58,400 nucleotides of DNA, from assembly GCA_016840405.1 (NCBI GenBank), contig JAEOSK010000017.1, positions 1 to 58,400 on the forward strand, read 5' to 3'. Positions 1-7,866 of the stretch are shown here, piece by piece; position 1 is the stretch's first letter, and each line of letters opens with the position of its first letter. Both the position numbers and the translations under genes were made by a program. The DNA is from Candidatus Hermodarchaeum yapensis. Its GTDB lineage: Archaea; Asgardarchaeota; Hermodarchaeia; Hermodarchaeales; Hermodarchaeaceae. Below the pieces are notes generated by a model. The model was given only the letters and a program-made list of their open reading frames with translations. It made no database searches and was not told the DNA's origin.

Positions 1-807
1 GGTTTTGCTCAGATGTTTCTCTTCTACCAGGATGCTGCTACTGAGAGTACTGCAGCGCATCCTTATACGGTGAAGATTGCTGACATGACAATTCGAGTTG
101 TTGGTCAATCAGAGTTCTGGATCTTTGGTGAGGAGGTTATGCCATTTACATCCATTAACCCCTTCTTCATATCGGGAATCTCTAGGATGGAATGTGTTGT
201 AGATGAGATCTCGTATTTCAACCTGTTCTGTCACAAGGTAGAAATTGAGGGTATTGCTAGCGCGGATTATTTCTTGTTTGGTTCTAGTGCAGCACACGGA
301 ATTCAATTCAGTGGATCCAACTTCTTATATGTGAACCAACTTTCAGGGATATTCTCTGTGACCGGCTGCTCCTTCAAAGCCGTAACCGACTGTATCCTCC
401 CCTTGGGGATTTTCAAAGACTCTCTAATCATCATCCATGGTAATAGATTCGAAACGATCCTCTGGGGCATTGAAGCCTATCCCAGCGACTCTCTACTTAT
501 AATCTCGAATAATGAATTCCACGGTGTTGGCACGATTCCAACCTTCTTTCCAGGCTACGGAATTATTATAGATCAGGTGGAACCTGTTTCAGGGAAAATT
601 CTGGTTTTTGGTAACAGTTTCGAGTGCGCTGATGGTGCAACCGGGATGTTACTCGTCGATGAATCCTATCTTGCAGGTGGACCAATAACCCTCTCTGGGT
701 TTGTAATCTGCAATACCTTCATCCTTGGTGGACCAAATTCTGTAGATATGGTTAACCTGTGTTCCGAAGATGTCAAGTTCTATCACAATACAGTTCTTGG
801 ACCTTGA
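1..807 (+). CDS. 5'-truncated hypothetical protein, probable right-handed parallel beta-helix (secreted/surface) protein
   Basis: Frame 1 is open from base 1. Repeated motifs such as IHGNRF, ISNNEF, VFGNSF, VICNTF and FYHNTV are typical of beta-helix rungs. Followed by a hairpin/T-tract. Confidence 0.6.
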   Translation, partial: GFAQMFLFYQDAATESTAAHPYTVKIADMTIRVVGQSEFWIFGEEVMPFTSINPFFISGISRMECVVDEISYFNLFCHKVEIEGIASADYFLFGSSAAHGIQFSGSNFLYVNQLSGIFSVTGCSFKAVTDCILPLGIFKDSLIIIHGNRFETILWGIEAYPSDSLLIISNNEFHGVGTIPTFFPGYGIIIDQVEPVSGKILVFGNSFECADGATGMLLVDESYLAGGPITLSGFVICNTFILGGPNSVDMVNLCSEDVKFYHNTVLGP

Positions 808-838
808 ATCAGTGTTAGAAAAAACTACAAAATAGCTT

Positions 839-871
839 GGGAGGCTCTGCCTCCCCTTTTCTCTTTTTTTT
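839..871 (+). terminator. Hairpin + T-tract, family copy R1
   Basis: GGGAGGC-TCT-GCCTCCC then CTTTTCTCTTTTTTTT, about 30 bp after the stop at 807. Confidence 0.75.
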
Positions 872-1108
872 GCTTTCTTAATGCAATGAGAGGTTAACAC
901 GATTCTTTTTTTCATAATCTGGATAGTCTGAGCTCTTCAAAGGGCTGCAGATATGTTTTTTTGTCGGATTCCTGTGTGGGAGGACTTGAATTTATATACG
1001 GTGTGGACGGTAAGGGGGGTCTTGTCCTTTGGAGGGCAGAATGGTGTAATTCAGTCCGCCGTAGAGGGACGTCGTGTTTCGACAGTGAGTGGAATGGAGG
1101 TGAATTGA

Positions 1109-1408
1109 ATGGAATGTGTGTTGTGCATAGAGTTTCGAGGACCCACGGATGAGTATCGGTCGAAACAATTTACGGAAATGCAAAAAGGCCTTGAGAAACA
1201 GTTTGAGCCTTTGATAAAAGCAGGATTGACCATGTGGGCGGATAATACAGGGACGATGCTATACTGGTTCCCCTTTGAAAGCATGGAGAAATTCGCAGAA
1301 TTCTACGGGGACATGGAGATACAAAAAATGATGGCCAGAGCCTCTGGGCTTCTCGACGATATTAAAATCCGATTACTGCGACCCGGTATTACTATTAGTG
1401 AATTATAA
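1109..1408 (+). CDS. Small hypothetical protein, possibly dimeric alpha-beta barrel-like
   Basis: 99 aa. GGAGGTGA Shine-Dalgarno just upstream. WADNTG..YWFPFESMEKFAEFY pattern. Followed by a terminator. Confidence 0.7.
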   Translation: MECVLCIEFRGPTDEYRSKQFTEMQKGLEKQFEPLIKAGLTMWADNTGTMLYWFPFESMEKFAEFYGDMEIQKMMARASGLLDDIKIRLLRPGITISEL

Positions 1409-1431
1409 TATTTGAAAGGCATCAAAAATAT

Positions 1432-1465
1432 GTGGGAGGTTGAGTCTCCCGCTTTTCTCTTTTTT
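1432..1465 (+). terminator. Hairpin + T-tract, family copy R2
   Basis: GTGGGAGGT-TGA-GTCTCCCGC (G:U wobble pairs) then TTTTCTCTTTTTT, after the stop at 1408. Confidence 0.7.
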
Positions 1466-1664
1466 ATTCAGATTCTGACTTTAAGCAAGGTTAATATCTA
1501 ATCTGAAGTTTTTGAAGGGTATAGTCTAATGCTTTCGTGTTTCTCTCTTATGAAGATTGTTCTCCCTTTTCCTTTCTGTGAAGTGGGTGGTGGGTTGGGT
1601 GGATGGTGTTGTATTTTCGTGTGCAGGGGATATTGTAGTTTTTTTGGATGCTGTGGTGAAGTTA

Positions 1665-2180
1665 TTATGTGCGGCAGAGGTGCCTGACAAGTGTGGGGAG
1701 TTTCCTGAGTTTGTAGTTTAAGTCAAAGGCGGTGTTTATCGCTGACTTTAGATTGTCTAGATGGCTATGTGTCTCCGTGAGGAGATTTCCTTTGAATCCT
1801 TCTGCTTGAACATAAGCTTTGATATCGATTCTTGTATCATCGAGTTGTGTACGGATGGATCTTCGACCTTGATGGTATTCGATTTTTTTCTGAGTTGAGT
1901 CTTGGAAAAATGGTGGCAGAGAATTGACTAAATTGATTAGTGCTGTGAGGATTTGTTGGGTCAGGAAAAATAATGCGATTGATATTACTGCGGTGACTAC
2001 AGGTAATGTCTTGGTTGTTAATTTGATAAATTCTAATCGGGTTTTAAATTTATGGATGGCTTTTCTATCTTCATCGATTCCGTTGTCGAATGGTTTGAGA
2101 AGGGTTTGAATTTTCTGGTCATAATACGATGCTAAATTATTTTGGCAAGTTTTATCTAGTTTTGAATATTCGCTGGACAT
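1665..2180 (-). CDS. Hypothetical membrane protein with a central hydrophobic hairpin
   Basis: 171 aa, AT-rich. Hydrophobic stretch LPVVTAVISIALFFLTQQILTALINLV flanked by charged helices. Confidence 0.65.
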   Translation of the reverse strand: MSSEYSKLDKTCQNNLASYYDQKIQTLLKPFDNGIDEDRKAIHKFKTRLEFIKLTTKTLPVVTAVISIALFFLTQQILTALINLVNSLPPFFQDSTQKKIEYHQGRRSIRTQLDDTRIDIKAYVQAEGFKGNLLTETHSHLDNLKSAINTAFDLNYKLRKLPTLVRHLCRT

Positions 2181-2223
2181 TTAACAATCCCTCAATTTTT
2201 TGGTTTTGCTCATGTTGAAAAGC

Positions 2224-2412
2224 TCATTCTTCCCAAGCTTCTTCCTCGGGTAATTCCTCCAGTTCCTCTAGTTTTTCTTTTTCTTCTGGACTTATCGATT
2301 GCTTAAGTTTGACAGAGAAATAATCGTCCTTTAGAAATTTCTGGATGCGTTCTTCCTTTCTTTTCATTTTTTCTTTTCTTTTTTCAAATAACAAAGTTTC
2401 ATCTTCGGACAT
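2224..2412 (-). CDS. Small highly charged hypothetical protein
   Basis: About 62 aa, K/E-rich with an acidic tail. Its start context AGGGATTGGTT-ATGTCC matches that of the downstream gene (AGGGATTGTTAA-ATGTCC). Confidence 0.55.
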   Translation of the reverse strand: MSEDETLLFEKRKEKMKRKEERIQKFLKDDYFSVKLKQSISPEEKEKLEELEELPEEEAWEE

Positions 2413-2589
2413 AACCAATCCCTGTTTTTGGAGAATATATACACAAACCTAAATATATATCGGTTTGAGCTTGAAAAGGAAACTCACCAAGAATCGTTCA
2501 ACTATTCTCTACTTTTTGGTTGTCAATTTCGCTTGTTCTGTGCTAGGACTGATGACGTGTGTAAATTAATCATCTAGATTGTGGGTTAC

Positions 2590-2661
2590 CAAGAAAGAAT
2601 ACATGAAACAAGGCGCTGGTGTTATTCATCGGTGCTTCTAAACGGTCTTCACTAAATTGGG
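2590..2661. repeat. Imperfect direct repeat, copy 1 (partner 3450-3513)
   Basis: Exact 20 bp core CATCGGTGCTTCTAAACGGT at 2627-2646, with similar flanks CAAGAARGAATACATG and ATTGGG. Confidence 0.85.
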
Positions 2662-2689
2662 AGGCCTTGCCTCCCCCTTTCTCTTTTTT
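2659..2689 (+). terminator. Hairpin + T-tract, family copy R3 (no upstream + strand gene)
   Basis: GGGAGGC-CTT-GCCTCCC-CC-TTTCTCTTTTTT. Confidence 0.55.
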
Positions 2690-2719
2690 GGTAATCTTTC
2701 GGTTTGTGTGGGGTTTTGC

Positions 2720-3430
2720 TTAGATGTAGAGTTCTTCAAGCTGGTATGCGATTTTGCGGGCGAGTTGATACATTGGTTCAAGTAATGTGGCTTTGCGTAT
2801 GAATGTGAGTTCGATGATGTCGCCTTTGACTTGGAGTGTTCGCAGTTCAGGTGTTGCTTCTATGCTTGTCAGTATTTTGGGCGTTTGTAGGAGGCGTGTT
2901 GTTTCTTTGTGTGTGGTTGTTTCTGTGTAGAATATTTGATCAATGGCATCTATTCCTATCATCGCTTCGTCGGGTTCGAAGATGATTCTGCCGGGGGCTT
3001 GGGTTTTGTGAGTTAAGTCGAAGTGGATTCCTGTGTCGAGTGCTAAATGGAGGCGCATGCGAAAGAAGCTATGAACGATTCTGCGATCGGTACGTTGGGT
3101 GCGAAAGGATCCTAAGTCAAGGCGTTGAATCCGGGGGTCGGTAGGTTCTACAGAAAGCTGGATTCCCGCTTTAAACTCTGCTTTGGTGCACAGGATTTTG
3201 CCTTTCTGGGCTATCCATTGGCTTTCACTAGGAATTCGCCCTTTTTCTTTATACATGTTGTAACAAATCGTTGTAATAAGCCAGATAACGAACAGCAGCA
3301 ATAACCAGGTGGTCAGTGTTAGCCAATCAACGGGTAGTTGCAGTAACCTAGCCCTCCATCTATTTATCCTGATTTTATTCCTAAAGACTTTTGGTGTTAG
3401 TGACGATAATGAATGCAGAGGAAATTTCAA
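2720..3430 (-). CDS. Hypothetical membrane-anchored protein
   Basis: 236 aa ORF with one strong TM segment (WLTLTTWLLLLFVIWLITTICY) followed by a soluble domain. The true start may lie downstream of the TTG at 3430. Confidence 0.7.
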   Translation of the reverse strand: MKFPLHSLSSLTPKVFRNKIRINRWRARLLQLPVDWLTLTTWLLLLFVIWLITTICYNMYKEKGRIPSESQWIAQKGKILCTKAEFKAGIQLSVEPTDPRIQRLDLGSFRTQRTDRRIVHSFFRMRLHLALDTGIHFDLTHKTQAPGRIIFEPDEAMIGIDAIDQIFYTETTTHKETTRLLQTPKILTSIEATPELRTLQVKGDIIELTFIRKATLLEPMYQLARKIAYQLEELYI

Positions 3431-3449
3431 AATTACAGAGAAATTGAAG

Positions 3450-3513
3450 CAAGAAGGAATACATGGAGCGGGCGTGTTCCATCGGTGCTTCTAAACGGTT
3501 TTCGCTCATTGGG
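3450..3513. repeat. Imperfect direct repeat, copy 2 (partner 2590-2661)
   Basis: Same 20 bp core at 3480-3499. Confidence 0.85.
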
Positions 3514-3549
3514 GTGAGGTGCTTTTGAAATCTCTTCTGTTTTAGCTTT

Positions 3550-4545
3550 CTAGACTTGAATAGCGCCGATCTCTGAGAGATTGCCAACTACTTCGAGGCC
3601 TGCATTTCGCCCCGTGCCCTCAAAGATGAGCTCTGTGCGGTTTTTGTCCTTTGTAAAATACTTCAATTGAATGGAACTATCAAGGCTTTCAATGATTCTG
3701 CCAGTCATTAATCCCTCTTCGGGGGATTTAAGCATGGCTCCGTGAGCACGTTGTGCATCGACTTCAATCAAGGAGTTCTTGTCCTGAACGGTAAAAGTAA
3801 CAGCGTCTTCTGAAACCTTGGGAGTGGAAATTTTGGCACGTGTATATGTCGTAAACCTGTATACCGTCCCGTTGTAGAGGAGTCCGATGAGAAATCCGGT
3901 GAAGGATCGTTTCATCCATGGGATATTGGCAATCGATGCGGTAAAGGATATACCTGGCTCCTCAAAATGGTTGGACTGCATCCAAATCCATGCGCTCGGA
4001 AATTCACGCCCCCAGTCTTTTTCGATATATCCGCGCCCGTTAGAGAAGTTAATCCCTCGGTTGTCGATGATCACGTTACCTTGTAGTTTATGGTCGAAAC
4101 TGAGGATTCCGTGTAGGCATTGCATTCCAGGAATGAATCGAAATGGTCCCATTGCACCAGGCGTGAATCGGCTAACCGGCCACGGTATAATCTCTCCAAA
4201 TTGAAGGGAACCCGATATTTCGTGCTTGTTAGCTTTTAGATGTAAATCAATCCCATCCATGCGAAACTCGTTGTCTCGGATCGAAATCCGAAGGTGTTTC
4301 TTGTCACTTTGAAAATCCTCAAGTGGGAACGGGAAGTAATACGCATTGCGGGTTCTACCATCAAGCACTTGTACAAAACAATGGCTCTCTGCTTCATTCC
4401 TCCCAAAAGAGACGCCAGGAATAACAGCAATTGCATTTTCTTCGGTGGCGTCTACTTGTTTGAAGTACCAGCCTTCGAACTGATTGGGTTTTCCCCATTT
4501 TAGTTGCGGCATTTCAGGTTTCCAGATATTTGGCAAGCACTTCAC
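3550..4545 (-). CDS. Tocopherol cyclase family protein
   Basis: FEGWYFK, GRGYIEKDWGREFPSAWIWMQSNHF and GLEVVG motifs. Confidence 0.85.
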   Translation of the reverse strand: MKCLPNIWKPEMPQLKWGKPNQFEGWYFKQVDATEENAIAVIPGVSFGRNEAESHCFVQVLDGRTRNAYYFPFPLEDFQSDKKHLRISIRDNEFRMDGIDLHLKANKHEISGSLQFGEIIPWPVSRFTPGAMGPFRFIPGMQCLHGILSFDHKLQGNVIIDNRGINFSNGRGYIEKDWGREFPSAWIWMQSNHFEEPGISFTASIANIPWMKRSFTGFLIGLLYNGTVYRFTTYTRAKISTPKVSEDAVTFTVQDKNSLIEVDAQRAHGAMLKSPEEGLMTGRIIESLDSSIQLKYFTKDKNRTELIFEGTGRNAGLEVVGNLSEIGAIQV

Positions 4546-4677
4546 ACCAAGCTAGATACAGAATTTCGTTCTTGAAGACCACTTTGGCATCCCCACTAAA
4601 AGTTGACGACCTTGCGAATTAGACTAGAGTATCGAAGAATTCATTAACCAGTCTTCTAGTTGATCTGTTTTAAGCCT

Positions 4678-4711
4678 GGGAGGCTGCGCCTCTCCGTTTT
4701 TCTCTTTTTTT
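4678..4711 (+). terminator. Hairpin + T-tract, family copy R4 (no upstream + strand gene)
   Basis: GGGAGGC-TGC-GCCTCTC-CG-TTTTTCTCTTTTTTT, abutting the stop of the minus-strand NYN gene. Confidence 0.55.
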
Positions 4712-4715
4712 GGTT

Positions 4716-5210
4716 TTATTTTGGGAGCGTGATGTTTGGTATTAGGTGGTCGAGGAGGATAGTGTTGTCTGCAGCTTGCTGTAATTCGGAGGCGAGGGCG
4801 TGGGTGAAGGCGGCGACTTCGACGGTTTTGCCGAGGGTTTTGAGTTCTTGAACGGTGTAGGTGAAGTCTTTGTCACCAGAAACGAGGAGGGCGGTGTCGT
4901 AGCTGTTGGTGTGGGCGAGTTTGAGCATGTCGGTGACGAGCATGACGTCGATGCCTTTCTCAAAGGGAGTTCCGTCATATTGTCGGAGTGGGAGGGTCTT
5001 TACGGTGAATCCGAGGTGGCGTAATTTATCGAAGAAACGTAGTTGTGTAGGTGTGTTCAGGGTGGCTCCATAATAGTAAGTTCGAATTAGTGTTCGATTT
5101 CCGGTTAAGGCGGTAACGAGTTTGTCAAGGTCGATATGGATTTTGAGTGAGTTGGCAGCGTGGAAGACATTGCCACCATCGATGAAAATGCAGAGTTTTT
5201 CTTTGGGCAT
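4716..5210 (-). CDS. NYN domain (LabA/DUF88, PIN-like) nuclease
   Basis: IFIDGGN, EKGIDVML, LVSGDKDF and GKTVEV motifs. Probable start at MPKEK (5210); the ORF extends to 5252. Confidence 0.9.
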   Translation of the reverse strand: MPKEKLCIFIDGGNVFHAANSLKIHIDLDKLVTALTGNRTLIRTYYYGATLNTPTQLRFFDKLRHLGFTVKTLPLRQYDGTPFEKGIDVMLVTDMLKLAHTNSYDTALLVSGDKDFTYTVQELKTLGKTVEVAAFTHALASELQQAADNTILLDHLIPNITLPK

Positions 5211-5347
5211 GTTATTCGTTTGCTCCTTTACGTATTCCCGTGTGATATTCATTCATACATTTAATAGAAATATTTGGATCATCGGTAGTGTGATTTTTCT
5301 GAGCGATTATAAATTCGCTCTCTGGGAGTGGTGAAAGGCATATATCC

Positions 5348-5980
5348 GTGTATGTGGACTGGGTGGGTATGATGTGGTTGCAGAAGTTTAAAGCGGCGTT
5401 GGAGCAGTTTGTTGGGCGGTCAAAAACACAGCAGATTCTTGAAGATGGGCGTCCAGTGTCTGCCCGGAGTAGTCCAGAACGGAAAGCTCAATGGGTAAAA
5501 GCAGTAATAGACAGATTGGATACCCTTGTCTCCGATAAAGAAACCCGACGGGAAATTTTGTTGTGTTGTTCGTGTCGATTTCCGAAGCGTCGGATTCAGA
5601 AACTCAAACGAGAGTATCAGCAGCATGGGGATATTGATGAGTTGTTGAAATTAATGCATACGGATAGTTCGTGGTATGGGTTGTCGTATTATGGGTATCC
5701 ACAGCGGGCTGGCAATATCGTTTATGTAACTAAAATTCCTTTTTCCCCGCAACGCTATGAATCTGCACCTATTCCCTCGGCGAAAAGTCGATCCTATTGC
5801 CATTGTGGTTGGATTAAAGCTTCCAAAGCCTCGATTTCCAAGACGTTTTGTAGTTGTGGCGCTGGGTGGTATAAGATCCTTTGGGAGGCGATTCTGGAAA
5901 AACCGATTCGTGTTGAAGTAATTACCTCTATTGCTAGTGGAGATAGCGATTGCACTTTTGCCATTTATCTCCCCGATTAA
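5348..5980 (+). CDS. Cys-rich hypothetical protein, DUF6144/V4R-like small-ligand-binding fold
   Basis: CSC, YCHC, FCSCGAGW..WEAILEKPIRVEV..SIASGDSDCTFAI motifs. Confidence 0.7.
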   Translation: MYVDWVGMMWLQKFKAALEQFVGRSKTQQILEDGRPVSARSSPERKAQWVKAVIDRLDTLVSDKETRREILLCCSCRFPKRRIQKLKREYQQHGDIDELLKLMHTDSSWYGLSYYGYPQRAGNIVYVTKIPFSPQRYESAPIPSAKSRSYCHCGWIKASKASISKTFCSCGAGWYKILWEAILEKPIRVEVITSIASGDSDCTFAIYLPD

Positions 5981-6091
5981 TATTCCTGTAATGATGGGAC
6001 GTTCTTTTAGAGTCGTGGTTTGTCAACACGCCTTTCTCTTTTCAGATACCTGAATAAGTACTCTTGTCTGGTCCCGCTCGTTTACGATTCA

Positions 6092-7798
6092 TTAGGTGGG
6101 TGTTCTTCTACGACGCCCTGTTGCATATTGGTTGTAGAAGGTGTTTAGGATATCATAGGCAATGTTGTCGGCGTGGTCGCTGATTCTTTCGAGGTTTCTC
6201 AGGGTTTCGGTGAACATGACATCGGCATCAGCAGCACAGACGCCACCTTTGATCCGTTTTATGTGGGTCTTTTTGAATTTTCGTTCTAAGACATCGACGG
6301 CATCTTCGAGTTCAACTGCTTGTTTGGCGAGTAATTCACTTCTTTGTTTCAATGCTTCAATTGCTGTAGAATAGGTTTCCTCAACTTTTTCAAACAATTT
6401 TAACAATTCTTCCTTAGCTGTCTCCGAGAACGGAATGTCGTCTTTCACCCGTTTGATGGCAAATTCTGCGAGGTTATTGGTCATATCACCAATACGCTCC
6501 ACGTCGGTAATGATGTTGAGTAACTTTATGCGCCAGACCTTTAGCTCCCCGGTTAAGTCCTCTTCTCGTATTTTATCGATGAAATTTTCAGTTTCATCGC
6601 AAAAGTCATCCACTTCGTCTTCTAACCTTAGGACTTTTTTCGCTGAATTCGTGTCTTCGTTAACTAATGCCAGTTTACTGAGACCCAGCATTTTGAGGGT
6701 TTTTTCAGCGATACTAATTATTTCCCTTTCTGACTCGCGTAAAGCCAGTTGGGCAACGTTGAGCATTTTTTCATCAAAGAAATGTCGCGGTGCAAGTTCT
6801 CCTTCTCTAACTGGGATGATTCGTTCACAGGTCCATACTAATGCGCCAACGAAGGGAACAAACAGGAAGCTCACAATCACGTTGAAGATGGTGTGGGCAT
6901 TAGCAATCTGTCTGGGCAGGTCAAGACTTGTCAATCTTACCAAGGCTGCGAAGGGGAAAAGAATTGGAAGGAACACTACAACTCCGATTATGTTGATCAA
7001 GGCCTGGGCGATAGCGGTTCGTTTCGCTGGCCGTGAAGCACCAACTGCTGCAAACAATTCGAGAAATGTAGTTCCGATGTTTGCGCCCATCACCATGGCG
7101 ATTCCCGCTTCGAGTGAAATGGCTTCGGCTCGCCCAAACGCAATCACTAAACTGGTGGTGGCGGAGCTGCTCTGAGTGACTCCTGATATCAAGGCACCGA
7201 TTAGGGTCCCAATTATCGGGTTCGAGCCATAGGTGTTAATCAAGTCCACAAAGATTGGGAGCTCCACGAGGGGTTCGATTCCTAATCCCATGAGATCCAT
7301 GGCAAGAAAGAGCATCCCCAAGCTGAACACTACTTTTGCTGCAAGTTTTACTTTCTCATTTTTCACAAGAAACCATATGAAGAATGCAATCGCAATTAGG
7401 GGGTAATAAGCAAAACCAATATTGAATGAGACAATTTGGGCGGTAATGGTGGTTCCGATTTCGGAGCCTAAAATCACATTCGCTGACTGGCGAAAGGTCA
7501 ACAAACCTGCATTAACCATGCCAATTAATGTGAGAACCGTGACGCTCGAACTTTGCGTCATTATCGTGGTCGCGGTTCCCACACCCATTCCTTTCACTGG
7601 GTTGTTTGTGGCTTTTTCGAGAATACTGACAACCCGTGGTCCCGTTATCTTGCTGAGGCTGTCACTTAGCAATTTAACACTGAACATAAAAATTGCCAGA
7701 CCACCGATGATCGTGAAGACGATGGTCAAGGGGTCCATGCGACCCATTTCCTGTTTTCCTATAATAAAATATATGCCGTTCAAAAACTCTAGTAGCAA
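6092..7798 (-). CDS. Na+/Pi cotransporter family protein with C-terminal PhoU domains
   Basis: Two QSSS repeats, GSEIGTT and GANIGTT, PhoU-like ERIGD and ERISDHADNIA. True start is probably near 7747. Confidence 0.92.
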   Translation of the reverse strand: MLLEFLNGIYFIIGKQEMGRMDPLTIVFTIIGGLAIFMFSVKLLSDSLSKITGPRVVSILEKATNNPVKGMGVGTATTIMTQSSSVTVLTLIGMVNAGLLTFRQSANVILGSEIGTTITAQIVSFNIGFAYYPLIAIAFFIWFLVKNEKVKLAAKVVFSLGMLFLAMDLMGLGIEPLVELPIFVDLINTYGSNPIIGTLIGALISGVTQSSSATTSLVIAFGRAEAISLEAGIAMVMGANIGTTFLELFAAVGASRPAKRTAIAQALINIIGVVVFLPILFPFAALVRLTSLDLPRQIANAHTIFNVIVSFLFVPFVGALVWTCERIIPVREGELAPRHFFDEKMLNVAQLALRESEREIISIAEKTLKMLGLSKLALVNEDTNSAKKVLRLEDEVDDFCDETENFIDKIREEDLTGELKVWRIKLLNIITDVERIGDMTNNLAEFAIKRVKDDIPFSETAKEELLKLFEKVEETYSTAIEALKQRSELLAKQAVELEDAVDVLERKFKKTHIKRIKGGVCAADADVMFTETLRNLERISDHADNIAYDILNTFYNQYATGRRRRTPT

Positions 7799-7866
7799 TT
7801 TTGCTGCCGCTCAGGCTGTTCTTGCAATTAATGGACTTGGGTTACCGTATCTTTACGACATTTGTG

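Noticed and set aside
805-897. Selenocysteine or readthrough at the TGA of the first ORF
   Set aside because: The extension would run through the terminator and T-tract, with no redox motif context and no SECIS seen.
839-4711. Hairpin repeats read as a CRISPR array or integron attC sites
   Set aside because: Spacing is irregular and gene-sized. I see no cas genes, no integrase and no RYYYAAC/GTTRRRY attC ends.
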